Origin: Henriciella sp. | GTDB taxonomy: Bacteria; Pseudomonadota; Alphaproteobacteria; Caulobacterales; Hyphomonadaceae | DNA length: 64,000 nucleotides | Reading direction: 5' to 3' | Assembly: GCA_013214545.1 (NCBI GenBank) | Contig: JABSQB010000003.1 | Coordinates: forward strand, 37,236-101,235 | In this document: one piece after another, positions 1-9,847 of the stretch | Layout of the letters: every line of letters begins with the position of its first letter | Numbering within the stretch: position 1 is the first letter of the stretch | Translations under genes and position numbers: made by a program | Notes under the pieces: generated by a model | What the model was told of the DNA's origin: nothing | The model's database searches: none | What the model saw: the letters and a program-made list of their open reading frames with translations, nothing else

Positions 1-143
1 CAATTCGCGTGAAGCGCGAAAAACCACTCACGGTGCGCTCGTTACAGAAAGCATAACTTGCGAATCCGGACGTTTTGCACTACTTGACGCGCCTGTCTTT
101 TGATTGGACGCTGTCTTTCAGACCCAAGTAACGGTACATATTC

Positions 144-617
144 ATGCAACGTACACCCATGACCGCCGGGGGCTATGAGGCCCTCGACGCAGAATTGAAA
201 AATCTAAAATCAGTCGAGCGCCCCGCTGTGATTCAGGCGATCGCTGAAGCACGTGAGCATGGCGATTTGTCCGAAAACGCCGAGTATCACGCCGCCAAGG
301 AAAAACAGTCCTTTATTGAGGGGCGAATCGTCGAGCTTGAGGACAAGCTTTCGCGCGCCGATGTGATCGATCTCAGCAAGGTCAAAGGCGACAAGATCGT
401 ATTTGGGGCGACCGTCACGGTGATTGATGTCGATACCGAAGATGAGTCGACCTATCAGATTGTCGGTGAAGACGAAGCGGACATTGCTCAGGGCAAGGTT
501 TCAAACACGTCTCCGATTGCCCGCGCGCTGATTGGCAAAGGCGAAGGCGACGAAGCCGAAGTCGCGGCCCCCGGCGGTGCCCGCGTCTATGAAATCGCCG
601 AAGTGAAATTCGTCTAA
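144..617 (+). CDS. greA: Transcription elongation factor GreA
   Basis: 157-aa ORF with Gre-family N-terminal coiled coil ([13 protein letters not shown]) and a C-terminal globular domain ([10 protein letters not shown]). Length is typical for GreA. Confidence 0.95.
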   Translation: MQRTPMTAGGYEALDAELKNLKSVERPAVIQAIAEAREHGDLSENAEYHAAKEKQSFIEGRIVELEDKLSRADVIDLSKVKGDKIVFGATVTVIDVDTEDESTYQIVGEDEADIAQGKVSNTSPIARALIGKGEGDEAEVAAPGGARVYEIAEVKFV

Positions 618-662
618 CTCATATTCTTCACCTCACAGGCGAATTCTGGCAGGGCACAACTC

Positions 663-1748
663 ATGAGTTCGCCTGAATCATCATTAGGCCCGTCGATTTG
701 GGCGGTCAGCGACGGCCGCGCCGGAAATGCGGCGCAGGTGCGCGCTGTGATCTCGGCTCTGTCAGAGACTCGCAGGTGGCTGCAAATCGGTCACATCGCA
801 GGCAAGGGCCATCGATCCGAGCCGATCACACTAACGCCCCGCGCGCCCTGGACCTGGCTCCCTGGAACCAACTGGCCACTGCCGCGGCGCGCGCTGCCGG
901 CGGCGCAACGCGATCTTCTGACCAGTCCATGGCCGACCATATGGGTGGCTGCCGGACGTCGTAGCGCGCCCTATACCGCCGCGGTGCGCGATTGGAGCGG
1001 CGGGCGAACACTGGCCGTACAAATCCTCGATCCCAAGACGGATCCAGCACAATTTGATCTCGTCATCGTGCCGGAACATGACCAGCTCGAAGGTCCCAAT
1101 GTGATCCGCACAACTGGCTCGCCAACGCATTTTTCCGAGGACCGTATAGAAGAAGCCGGCCAGGCCTTTGCCGATCTCGCAGATGAGCGCGGCAAGAGCG
1201 CAGTCATCATTCTCGGCGGACACTCCAAAGCGCACAAATTCACTCGGGCAGCATCTGACGGTCTGATTGCGCAGCTGGAAACGCTGGCCGCACAAGGCTG
1301 GCGACTGCGGATTAGCTGCTCGCGGCGCACCCCGGTTCCAGTGGTTAGCGACATGCGGGCGTTTGCTGATCGGGCTGGCGCGCGATTTTGGGCCAGCGAA
1401 CAAGACGGCCCAAATCCATATCTCGCCTGGCTGCTTTATTCCGACGTCGCTGTGGTGACGGAGGACAGCGCCAATATGCTGTCCGATGCTGCGTGGCATG
1501 GGCTGCCTGTGCACATGGTCCGGTTGTCTGGCCAAGCGCCGAAATTCGATCGCTTGCATCAAAGCCTGATCGATCGCGGCTGCGCGCGCTGGTTTGAAGG
1601 TCAATTGGAGCGGTGGGAATATGCGCCGCTGAGAGAGGCAGGGCGTGTCGCCGACGCGATAATTGAAAAGCTGCTAGAGCGCTACCCGCAACCGGAAATG
1701 GACAAGAGCGCTGATCCGACGAAAACAGCCGCGCCCGATTGGCTTTAA
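663..1748 (+). CDS. Mitochondrial-fission ELM1 family protein (DUF1022, GT-B-like, function unknown in bacteria)
   Basis: 361 aa. Matches family hallmarks as I recall them: SDGRAGN near the N-terminus, FDLVIVPEHD, ILGG, SRRTP, NPYLAWL, TEDSANM. Confidence 0.8.
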   Translation: MSSPESSLGPSIWAVSDGRAGNAAQVRAVISALSETRRWLQIGHIAGKGHRSEPITLTPRAPWTWLPGTNWPLPRRALPAAQRDLLTSPWPTIWVAAGRRSAPYTAAVRDWSGGRTLAVQILDPKTDPAQFDLVIVPEHDQLEGPNVIRTTGSPTHFSEDRIEEAGQAFADLADERGKSAVIILGGHSKAHKFTRAASDGLIAQLETLAAQGWRLRISCSRRTPVPVVSDMRAFADRAGARFWASEQDGPNPYLAWLLYSDVAVVTEDSANMLSDAAWHGLPVHMVRLSGQAPKFDRLHQSLIDRGCARWFEGQLERWEYAPLREAGRVADAIIEKLLERYPQPEMDKSADPTKTAAPDWL

Positions 1749-1757
1749 GGTCAGGAC

Positions 1758-2675
1758 CTAAGCTGACGCCGCTTCCAAAGCAGCTTCAGTTTCCAGCGCT
1801 TCTGCATCGGTTTCCCAGCACCAGGCATCAGGTTGATCAAGCAGCGCGCGCACGAGCTTGTTGTTCATCGCATGGCCTGGCTGGCGGGCTTCATACTGAC
1901 CTGCGATGGGGGCGCCTGCGAGCATCAAATCGCCGACAGCATCGAGCAGCTTGTGGCGAATAAACTCATCATCGCTGCGCAGGCCTTCGGGGTTCATGAC
2001 CTCATCGCCATCAATCACGACGGCATTGTCGAGCGAACCGCCTCGGGCAAGTCCCATCGCCTTCAACGTCTCTACATCGCGGGCAAACCCGAATGTGCGG
2101 GCGAAGGCGATATCTCGAGCGAACAGGCCCGGCATCAGACGCATGGACATTTGCTGGGTGCCGATCGCTTTGGTCTCAAACTCGATCTTGGCTTTGAGCG
2201 TCAGGACATTGTCTGAGCTTGGCGACAAACGAGCCCATTTCACACCGTCTCGGACCTCAACCGTATCGAGAATACGGATGCGGCGACGCAGGGCAGACTG
2301 GGTTTGAATGCCCGCATTGTGGAAGAGCTCACAGAATACAGCTGAGGAACCGTCCATGATCGGTGTTTCTGGGCCGTCTATCTCGACCAGGAGATTGTCG
2401 ACTCCCATGCCAGCGCAGGCCGCCAGGAAATGCTCAACGGTTGCAACGCTCGCGCCCTCTTCGTTGGTCAACGTCGTGCCGAGCTGCACTTCCGTAACAT
2501 GATCGCCGCGGGCGAGAATGTCGTTTTCCACGTCCATATCGACGCGGCGGAATCGAATGCCGCTATTTACCGGTGCAGGTTTGATCACCATACGCGCGCG
2601 TTCGCCCGAATGGACGCCGACGCCTGCGCAAATGACCAGTGTTTTCAGTGTCGTCTGATACTCTACTCGTCCCAA
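1758..2675 (-). CDS. lpxC: UDP-3-O-acyl-N-acetylglucosamine deacetylase LpxC
   Basis: YQTTLKTLVICAGVGVHSGE aligns with the E. coli LpxC N-terminus. The ORF runs up to 2747. I prefer the TTG at 2675, which has a GGGAGAG Shine-Dalgarno 5 nt upstream and gives ~305 aa. The ftsZ terminator at 2771-2797 leaves no promoter space for a start at 2747. Confidence 0.9.
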   Translation of the reverse strand: MGRVEYQTTLKTLVICAGVGVHSGERARMVIKPAPVNSGIRFRRVDMDVENDILARGDHVTEVQLGTTLTNEEGASVATVEHFLAACAGMGVDNLLVEIDGPETPIMDGSSAVFCELFHNAGIQTQSALRRRIRILDTVEVRDGVKWARLSPSSDNVLTLKAKIEFETKAIGTQQMSMRLMPGLFARDIAFARTFGFARDVETLKAMGLARGGSLDNAVVIDGDEVMNPEGLRSDDEFIRHKLLDAVGDLMLAGAPIAGQYEARQPGHAMNNKLVRALLDQPDAWCWETDAEALETEAALEAASA

Positions 2676-2770
2676 GCCTACTCTCCCTGCAGACACTGCA
2701 TAAATGACGACGAAGCCCCAGACCTCAACACAAGCTTTGTTGCTCAATGTTGCAGGCGGTAAGAAAACCG

Positions 2771-2797
2771 AAAGCCGTCCGGGGGCGGACGGCTTTT
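2771..2797 (-). terminator. Rho-independent terminator downstream of ftsZ (symmetric, A/T runs on both sides)
   Basis: GCCGTCCG-GGGG-CGGACGGC: perfect 8-bp GC stem with a 4-nt loop, flanked by AAA and TTTT. On the minus strand the stem is followed by TTTCGGTTTTC. Confidence 0.7.
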
Positions 2798-2816
2798 CAT
2801 GAAAGATTTGTAAGCC

Positions 2817-4160
2817 TTAATTGTTGGCGGAGCGACGCAGGAAAGCCGGGATTTCTAGGTCCGCATCATCAAACGGCGCGGGCTTCGGATGATCTTCCGG
2901 CGTCGAGACGATGGATTCGCGATCCTCCTCGTCATCATTGTCGCCGACGGCATCCTCGCGCCGCCATCCAAACAGGTTGGAAAAGCCGGCCGGGCTGTCT
3001 GAGACGGGTTTTGCGAAGGCAGCATCTGCGCTTACGGTGTCGCTGCCGCTTTGACCTTCAACATGCGCAGCAGGCAGTGCCCGCCCCCGGAAATCGGGAC
3101 GCGGGTCAATCTCGGTTGGTTCGGGCTCCTGCGCGACTTGCGGCGCCACCACGACCGGAGCTGGCTCTTCTTCAACCACAGGCGCTTGTGGACGGATCGG
3201 TGCAGCGACGATCGCTTGTTCGACAGCGACGCCAGCCGCAACAACAGAGACCCGAATGCGGCCTTCCAGCTCTGCATCAAATGTAGAGCCGAGAATAATG
3301 TTCGCGTCAGCATCCACTTCGCGGCGGATTTCGTTGGCCGCTTCGTCCAGTTCGAACAGGGTCATGTCATACCCGCCCGTAATGTTGATCAGGACGCCTT
3401 TCGCCCCTTTCATGGAAACATCGTCGAGCAATGGATTGTCGATGGCGCAGCGTGCGGCTTCGAGCGCGCGGCCTTCGCCTTCACCCTCGCCCATGCCCAT
3501 CATGGCGGTGCCCATGCCTTTCATGATGGTGCGCACGTCTGCGAAATCGAGATTGATGAGGCCAGGCATGATCATCAGATCGGTAATCCCGCGAACGCCG
3601 GAATAGAGCACATCGTCCGCCATCCGGAAGGCTTCCGCGAAGGTTGTACGCTCATTGGCGATGCGGAACAGGTTCTGGTTTGGCACGACAATCAAAGTGT
3701 CGACCGCATCCTTCATTCGGATCAGGCCCGATTCCGCTGTCGTCATCCGGTGAGCACCTTCAAAGCCGAATGGCTTGGTCACAACCCCGATGGTGAGAAT
3801 GCCCTTATCATGCGCCGCCTTTGCGATGACTGGCGCTGCGCCGGTGCCAGTACCGCCGCCCATTCCGGCTGCGACAAACACCATGTGTGCATCTTCGAGC
3901 GCTTCGAGAATCTCAGTCATAGATTCTTCGGCTGACGCCTCGCCGACTTCAGGCCGGGCCCCGGCACCGAGGCCTGATGTGGTCTCTGGTCCAAGTTGGA
4001 TACGGTTCTCGGTTTTTGACCGGCGCATGGCCTGCGCATCGGTATTGGCGACATAAAACTCAACGCCTTGCAGGTTCGCCTGGATCATATTGTCGACAGC
4101 GTTTCCACCGGCACCACCAACGCCAATAACGACAATTCGTGGTTTGAGTTCTTTCGTCAT
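2817..4160 (-). CDS. ftsZ: Cell division protein FtsZ
   Basis: 447 aa with tubulin signature [10 protein letters not shown], a disordered Pro/Glu-rich linker, and the conserved C-terminal peptide [10 protein letters not shown]. Confidence 0.97.
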   Translation of the reverse strand: MTKELKPRIVVIGVGGAGGNAVDNMIQANLQGVEFYVANTDAQAMRRSKTENRIQLGPETTSGLGAGARPEVGEASAEESMTEILEALEDAHMVFVAAGMGGGTGTGAAPVIAKAAHDKGILTIGVVTKPFGFEGAHRMTTAESGLIRMKDAVDTLIVVPNQNLFRIANERTTFAEAFRMADDVLYSGVRGITDLMIMPGLINLDFADVRTIMKGMGTAMMGMGEGEGEGRALEAARCAIDNPLLDDVSMKGAKGVLINITGGYDMTLFELDEAANEIRREVDADANIILGSTFDAELEGRIRVSVVAAGVAVEQAIVAAPIRPQAPVVEEEPAPVVVAPQVAQEPEPTEIDPRPDFRGRALPAAHVEGQSGSDTVSADAAFAKPVSDSPAGFSNLFGWRREDAVGDNDDEEDRESIVSTPEDHPKPAPFDDADLEIPAFLRRSANN

Positions 4161-4261
4161 GGCCTATTCCCGATCTCTCTAGTTTTTGCGTACCAAACGC
4201 ATTGTACGGGAATAGAATGACGGGCTTCGCCTAAAAGTTCCTTAAATGACTGTCATCTCGC

Positions 4262-5557
4262 TCAAAAATTTTCGCGGATCCAGTTTAAGGCCTTCGAAAT
4301 CACTCCACGCCCGGCGGGACCTCCGGTAAGCGCCGCTGCTCCCCCTGCCCGTGAAGCATCGGCAAACCCCTTGAGTTCATAGCTTATCAGACCTGCTGCT
4401 GTGGAAAAGGCCGGATTACCGTAATTATCACCTAAAATGTCAGCATCGATGGGGCGTCCAAGCCGAACGGGCTGCTTCAGAACCTCTGCCGCGAGTTCGC
4501 GCACGCCCGCGAGCTGGCTTGCGCCGCCAGTGAGTACGGTTCGTCTTGGCAAGATCGGACGCAATGGACTGGCCGTCAGGTGTGCCTGAACCATTTCAAA
4601 CAGCTCTTCGATTCGCGGGGCGATAATCGAGGTGAGTTCGCCGCGGGTCATGCGCCCAGCTTTCAAGCGGCCATCATCGCCAAGACGCGGCGCTTCGATG
4701 CGCTCGGCCATACCAGGCCCTTCGGTATCAGCGGTGCCGTGGAGCGTCTTCAACCGCTCCGCTGCTGCGAAGGTCGTACCGATGCCTTGCGCAATATCGC
4801 CGGTGACGCGGGCGCCGCCAACCTTGACAAGGTCGAGCCAGGCCGGTGCACCATTCATGAATACGGAAACCGATGTCACGCCGCCGCCAAAATCGATGCA
4901 GATAGCGCCGTTCTCGATCTCATCATCGATCAGCGTGCCAGACCCGCTGGCAAGTGCCGAAGGAACGATGCGTTCGACGCCGAGATGCGCGCGCTGCACG
5001 CACTCTTTCAGATTTTTGACCAGAGACTTCGGCGCTGTGACGACATTGAGCAGAACCCGGATACGATCCCCGATCATGCCGACGGGATCGCGGATATCGT
5101 CCTGATCATCAACGCCATACATAACCGGATAGGCACCGAGCAGTTCGCGCTCTTTTGGAATGATCTTGCCGAGGGCCTGCGCCCAGACTTTCTGGACGTC
5201 CCGGCTGGTAATCTCGCGCTGGCCGAGTTCGATTTCCGCTTCCGCGAGCTGGCTGTCGACTTTAGGACCGGTAATGCCAAGGATAACCCGGTCGATCCGC
5301 TCACCGGCTTCACGCTCGGCATCTTCAACCGCCAGACGGATGGAACGCTCAAGCGCTTCAATATCTGTGATCGAGCCACCATTAAAACCGCGGCTCTGCT
5401 GGCGACCGCCGCCCATGAAGGCAAATCCGGCGCGACTGCCAGGGTCCACACGTCCGATCAAGCAAGCAATTTTTGAACAGCCAATATCCAGCGCGGCGAC
5501 GACGGTGCCTGCCTTGCCAACATGTCTTGGTTTCAGTCTTTGCGTACTTGTCGCCAT
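4262..5557 (-). CDS. ftsA: Cell division protein FtsA
   Basis: 431-aa actin-like ATPase lying between ftsQ and ftsZ. Its start overlaps the ftsQ stop (TAATG). Confidence 0.92.
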   Translation of the reverse strand: MATSTQRLKPRHVGKAGTVVAALDIGCSKIACLIGRVDPGSRAGFAFMGGGRQQSRGFNGGSITDIEALERSIRLAVEDAEREAGERIDRVILGITGPKVDSQLAEAEIELGQREITSRDVQKVWAQALGKIIPKERELLGAYPVMYGVDDQDDIRDPVGMIGDRIRVLLNVVTAPKSLVKNLKECVQRAHLGVERIVPSALASGSGTLIDDEIENGAICIDFGGGVTSVSVFMNGAPAWLDLVKVGGARVTGDIAQGIGTTFAAAERLKTLHGTADTEGPGMAERIEAPRLGDDGRLKAGRMTRGELTSIIAPRIEELFEMVQAHLTASPLRPILPRRTVLTGGASQLAGVRELAAEVLKQPVRLGRPIDADILGDNYGNPAFSTAAGLISYELKGFADASRAGGAAALTGGPAGRGVISKALNWIRENF

Positions 5558-6378
5558 TATGCGGCCCCTCCCATCTGTTCTTGTGTGGGTGTCAGAAACA
5601 CCCGGCCGGTGACGCGCAGATCAATCTGCTTGAGCGGGCGACGCGTCAGCTCCCCGGCTTCGTCCATGCGCGCAAAACTCAGAATGCTTGGCGCGATGCT
5701 CTCATCATTCGGCAGTTTCACCAAAGCGCCGGATCGCAACACCAGATCCCAGCGGCGCCCAGCCACGCGGCGCGCATGATCCACTTGCTCGCGCAAGTCC
5801 GGCATCACAGTGAACGCCTTCTCCAAAGCCGGCGTCGCTTCCGGACCACCTTCGCCGACAGTCTTGACCAAGTTCAAATGATCCTGTGGCCGCACTTTCG
5901 GCATCAACCGGCCCATATTGTCGACGACCGTCCAGGCTTCGCCGTCATTCCAGAGCGCCATCGGTTCGGCGGCATCGGCATAGATCATGACAGTGTCCGG
6001 CCACAGGCGATAGACACGAACATTGGCGACCAGGCGCGTGTCCTCGACGCGGCGTTGAATGAGATGCGGATCGGCGCGGAACATGTTTTCGCCTGGCTCG
6101 ACCATGGCCGAGGTTTTGATTTGCCGAGCGACCGCGGGCACGTGCTCAAGGCCAATCACTTCAACCGTATCAACCGACAGGCCAACCGATCGGGAGACGC
6201 CATCCATGGCGCTGCCCCAGCGCTGTCCCATTTGCGAGAGCGATCCGCCAAGCATGGCCGCGCCAGCGACGATCATGGCAACCACCATGACCAAGCCGAA
6301 AATCACCGAGGAAATCTGGGTTTGCTCCAGATAGATCTCCGGCTCAGGCGCTTTCTTTTTGCCTTTTGCTCGCGGCAT
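5557..6378 (-). CDS. ftsQ: Cell division protein FtsQ
   Basis: 273 aa with a basic N-terminus, one TM helix and a POTRA-like periplasmic domain, in the canonical position upstream of ftsA. Confidence 0.85.
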   Translation of the reverse strand: MPRAKGKKKAPEPEIYLEQTQISSVIFGLVMVVAMIVAGAAMLGGSLSQMGQRWGSAMDGVSRSVGLSVDTVEVIGLEHVPAVARQIKTSAMVEPGENMFRADPHLIQRRVEDTRLVANVRVYRLWPDTVMIYADAAEPMALWNDGEAWTVVDNMGRLMPKVRPQDHLNLVKTVGEGGPEATPALEKAFTVMPDLREQVDHARRVAGRRWDLVLRSGALVKLPNDESIAPSILSFARMDEAGELTRRPLKQIDLRVTGRVFLTPTQEQMGGAA

Positions 6379-6768
6379 GCCGCATCCTTCATCATCGCCA
6401 ACTGCACTTGTTGGACAACGACACGCTTTGACATCCCAACGCCTGATGCGCTTTGCTCACTGCACTGAGGCAGCCTGTTTGACACCATCAGGCAGACCGG
6501 CTGACACCACGTGGCGCGATCCACCAGCGATCAATTTTGCAGCAAAGTCGTAAAACTCTCTTAAGGCGAACCGATCGCCGGTGAGTTTTTTCAGACCGGC
6601 TTTTTTGAAACTCTGTTACATTCGTCACAAGTCTGCCCAATTTGTTTGATTGAGTGTCGAGATCAGGTCAGATTCGGCACCGAATCCAGGGTCGGCGCGC
6701 GGCTGTCTGCGCGGTAAAAAATCCCAAAGATTACAAATTACAAAAAAGTTCCAAGAGGGGGTTGCCTG

Positions 6769-6812
6769 CATCCCGTTACAAATGTAACACACGTGACAAT
6801 TGTAACGGGATG
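6769..6812 (+). promoter_or_regulatory. 13-bp inverted repeat enclosing the start codon of the TonB-dependent receptor gene
   Basis: CATCCCGTTACAA (6769-6781) and TTGTAACGGGATG (6800-6812) are perfect reverse complements separated by an 18-nt spacer. The right arm contains ATG 6810. (A/G)TTACAA copies lie upstream at 6730, 6737 and 6775. Confidence 0.4.
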
Positions 6813-8861
6813 AGGCTCATGAAACTCCACTTCCTCGCCGGGCTGGCGGTCAGTCTTCCCCTCTCTGCACCCGCACAGACCCCTGATGAGCCCGGCGAGG
6901 ATTCGCGCACCTATACCGTCTCAGACTTCCAACAGTTCGCGCCTCGCACGGCACTAGACATGGTGTCCCAAATTCCGGGTTTCTCCATCTCCGAAAGTGA
7001 CACTGAACAGCGCGGCTTCGGGCAGGCGCAAGAAAATGTCCTTATCAATGGGCAGCGTATCTCGTCCAAATCGACCAGCGCCAGCGAAGCGCTCGACCGT
7101 ATACCGGCTGAGAATGTCGAGAGGCTCGAAGTCGTTGAAGGCGCCGATCTCGATATCCCTGGTCTCAGCGGACAAGTCGTCAACGTGACCGCGAAGGCAA
7201 GCGGGATCAGCGGAACCTGGACTTACCGCCAACGCTATCGTGAGAACCTGCCGCCCGCCTATCGCTGGGGCGATATTACCATCAATGGCCAGAACGGCGC
7301 GCTCGCCTGGTCGCTAGGGCTCGACGCCGAGCCTGCCCGCGGTTCAGCCAGCGGCCGCGAAAATGTTTTTGATGGAAGCGGAAATCTGATCCAGTTTCGG
7401 GAAGAAGATGCCCGCTTTATCGGCGAAGGTACCGGCATCAATGGCGGCCTCAGCTGGACCCCGCAAAATGGGCACATCGCCAACTTCAATGCTGAGTATA
7501 ATGTCTGGGAACCAGATGAGTTGGTCACCAGTAAGTTCTTTGATCCGGACGGAACACCGGTTGCGATCACCGAGTTCACATTCAACGAAGATGAATGGAA
7601 CAGCGAGGTGAGCGGTGACTATGAATTCGGATTGGGCCCGGGTCGTCTAAAACTGATCGGTCTGCAGCGCAACGAACATAGTCCGACAGCAGTGCAATTG
7701 GTGTTCGCTGATCTGATCGGCACGGACACCTCGAATGAAATCTTCGAACGCGAAACCGATGAAAGCGAAAGCATCTTGCGCGGCGAATATAGTTGGTCCG
7801 GCGCGAACAATTCAGACTGGCAGGTATCGCTAGAAGGCGCGTTCAACTCGCTTGAAAACGAAGCGCGTTTGCTCACCGGAACAACGGTTGAGCCGCCGAC
7901 CAATGTGACGATTGTCGACACCGGGACGCGCGTCGAAGAAAAGCGGGCTGAGGCCTTCATCACGCATTCGCGCCAGCTGAACGAGAAATTGCGGTTGCAA
8001 GTCTCACTAGGCGCAGAGCAGTCTGAAATCTCTTCCGACGGCCCAAATGGCCAAACCCGCTCCTTCACCCGCCCGAAAGGCAGCGCCTCACTGGCCTGGG
8101 ACGCACGGGATAATCTGAAGATCAACATGACGGTCGAACGCAAGGTCGGTCAGCTCGATTTCTTTGACTTCGTCGACAATGTCGATGTCGATCAGGGTGA
8201 TAATCAGACCGGAAATGTGGACATCGTGCCAGATCAACGCTGGCACTTCTCGCTGGAGGCGGAACGCGACTATGGGACATGGGGCGCGCTCACAGCGGAA
8301 GTCATCTACGACGATATCGAAGACCTGATTGATCAGGTTCCGGTCGGCTTGGGCGAAGGGCCGGGCAACATTGATAGCGCCTCGCGCATCGCACTTGATA
8401 TCGAAGGGACTCTAAAGCTCGACAATCTCGGTTGGACCGGAGCTCAGCTTGAATATGATACGTTCCTGCAAGACACGTTTCTGGACGATCCTCTGACCGG
8501 GGCGACGCGCGATTTCAACAATAGTGAGATCCACTATTACGAGCTGAATTTTCGCCACGATGTTCCGAACACGAATTGGGCCTGGGGCATCAGTTATGAG
8601 AAGTTCCTGCGCGCTCCCAACTTCCGGCGAAATGCCCGGATGAGTTTTGTCCAGCCGCAAGGATTTGCCTGGGGATTCATCGAGCACAAAGACATTTTCG
8701 GGATGACCGGGACGGTCTACCTCGCCAATTTGTTGGATGCCGATGAGAAGTTCACGCGGGTCGTTTACTCGCCCGACCGCAATGGCGTCGTCAGCCGGGT
8801 TGAAGACCGAAACCGTAATCTCGGCAATATCCTGACCTTGCGCCTCAAGGGCAGCTTCTAA
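6810..8861 (+). CDS. TonB-dependent receptor (outer-membrane beta-barrel)
   Basis: Signal peptide [23 protein letters not shown], plug-domain motifs ([29 protein letters not shown]), a long beta-rich region and a terminal ...LKGSF. The ORF extends to GTG 6654, but that extension lacks a signal peptide. ATG 6819 is an alternative start. Confidence 0.8.
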   Translation: MRLMKLHFLAGLAVSLPLSAPAQTPDEPGEDSRTYTVSDFQQFAPRTALDMVSQIPGFSISESDTEQRGFGQAQENVLINGQRISSKSTSASEALDRIPAENVERLEVVEGADLDIPGLSGQVVNVTAKASGISGTWTYRQRYRENLPPAYRWGDITINGQNGALAWSLGLDAEPARGSASGRENVFDGSGNLIQFREEDARFIGEGTGINGGLSWTPQNGHIANFNAEYNVWEPDELVTSKFFDPDGTPVAITEFTFNEDEWNSEVSGDYEFGLGPGRLKLIGLQRNEHSPTAVQLVFADLIGTDTSNEIFERETDESESILRGEYSWSGANNSDWQVSLEGAFNSLENEARLLTGTTVEPPTNVTIVDTGTRVEEKRAEAFITHSRQLNEKLRLQVSLGAEQSEISSDGPNGQTRSFTRPKGSASLAWDARDNLKINMTVERKVGQLDFFDFVDNVDVDQGDNQTGNVDIVPDQRWHFSLEAERDYGTWGALTAEVIYDDIEDLIDQVPVGLGEGPGNIDSASRIALDIEGTLKLDNLGWTGAQLEYDTFLQDTFLDDPLTGATRDFNNSEIHYYELNFRHDVPNTNWAWGISYEKFLRAPNFRRNARMSFVQPQGFAWGFIEHKDIFGMTGTVYLANLLDADEKFTRVVYSPDRNGVVSRVEDRNRNLGNILTLRLKGSF

Positions 8862-9787
8862 GCGCTTTGCAGGCGTCCAATCCGGCGAATTTCCCAGCGT
8901 AGGTCAACGCCGGAATGCTCCAGCACGCGCGCCCGGACAAGCTCGCCGAGCGCCTCGATATCTGCAGCCGTCGCTTCGCCTGTATTAATCAGGAAGTTGC
9001 AGTGCTTCTCACTCACCATAGCGCCGCCAACGCGCAGGCCGCGGCACCCGGCAGCGTCGATCAGTTTCCAGCTGGAGCGCGCATCCGGCGTCCCTGGTGG
9101 GTCCGGATTGGCGAAGGTCGACCCGCCCGTTTTGTCTTTGATGGGTTGGGTTTCGGCGCGGCGTCTCTGATGCTCCGCGATTTCCTCGGCGAGCGTTTCC
9201 GGATCATCTGTGCCGCAGCCTGCGAGGTGTAGCTGCGTGACCACGATTTTGCTGGCGAAATCAGTGTGGCGGTAGGAAAAGCCAATATCCTTGCGCTGCA
9301 GGGTCACAGGCTCACCAGCGCGGCTGATACCGTCAACGGCGGTGACGACGTCGCTGAGCTCGGCGCCGTAACACCCTGCATTGGTCCGCACAGCGCCGCC
9401 AATGGATCCCGGAATACCCGATAGGAAAGAGAGGCCGCTAATCCCAGCCTTGGCCGCTGCTTTGGCGACGCTGAGATCGAGCGCGCCAGCCCGGGCGCTG
9501 ACTGATGTGTCATGATGCTTCACGCTGCCCCAATAGGCGCCCATCAGACGCACCACGACGCCTTCGATGCCGCCGTCGCGCACAATGGTGTTCGAACCGA
9601 CGCCAAGTACCGTGACGGGCACTTCTTCGGGAAGGGCCTTTAGGAAACTGGCAAGGTCGGCATCATCAGCGGGCAGAAACAAAGCGTCAGCCGCGCCGCC
9701 AACCCGAAACCAGGTATAGGGCGCAAGCGGTGCATCCTTCAGCAGTTTGCCCCGTACTTGCGGCAGCGATTCAAGATCAAAACTCAT
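8858..9787 (-). CDS. murB: UDP-N-acetylenolpyruvoylglucosamine reductase MurB
   Basis: 309 aa with an FAD-binding domain ([14 protein letters not shown]) in dcw context. Confidence 0.92.
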   Translation of the reverse strand: MSFDLESLPQVRGKLLKDAPLAPYTWFRVGGAADALFLPADDADLASFLKALPEEVPVTVLGVGSNTIVRDGGIEGVVVRLMGAYWGSVKHHDTSVSARAGALDLSVAKAAAKAGISGLSFLSGIPGSIGGAVRTNAGCYGAELSDVVTAVDGISRAGEPVTLQRKDIGFSYRHTDFASKIVVTQLHLAGCGTDDPETLAEEIAEHQRRRAETQPIKDKTGGSTFANPDPPGTPDARSSWKLIDAAGCRGLRVGGAMVSEKHCNFLINTGEATAADIEALGELVRARVLEHSGVDLRWEIRRIGRLQSA

Positions 9788-9847
9788 AGCTTGCCCTAAC
9801 GCCTGTCGACGTCAGAGCAAAGAGGCGAGTTCACCGCTGATGAAACG

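Noticed and set aside
1-143. Hairpin TTCGCG-TGAAG-CGCGAA at the window start as a terminator of an upstream gene.
   Set aside because: It is followed by A's rather than a T-run on the + strand. The upstream gene is outside the window, so this cannot be evaluated.
6488-6501. Cobalamin riboswitch upstream of the TonB-dependent receptor; TCAGGCAGACCGGC resembles a B12 box.
   Set aside because: The match needs an insertion. The other conserved blocks (GGUG-AA-UCC, GCCACUG with a proper context) are absent. The element would lie about 300 nt from the start codon and would overlap the ftsQ promoter region.
6654-6809. N-terminal ORF extensions suggested by the ORF track. Examples: TonB-dependent receptor from 6654, murC to 12035, DUF3291 from 12036, the aldo/keto reductase from 32738, the porin from 38165, uup from 42529, the oxidoreductase from 47334, the lipoprotein to 59449, mmcB to 31870, gapR to 30268, lpxC to 2747.
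   Set aside because: Internal starts give proper signal peptides or family-typical N-termini, have Shine-Dalgarno sequences, and avoid overlap with terminators or divergent genes.
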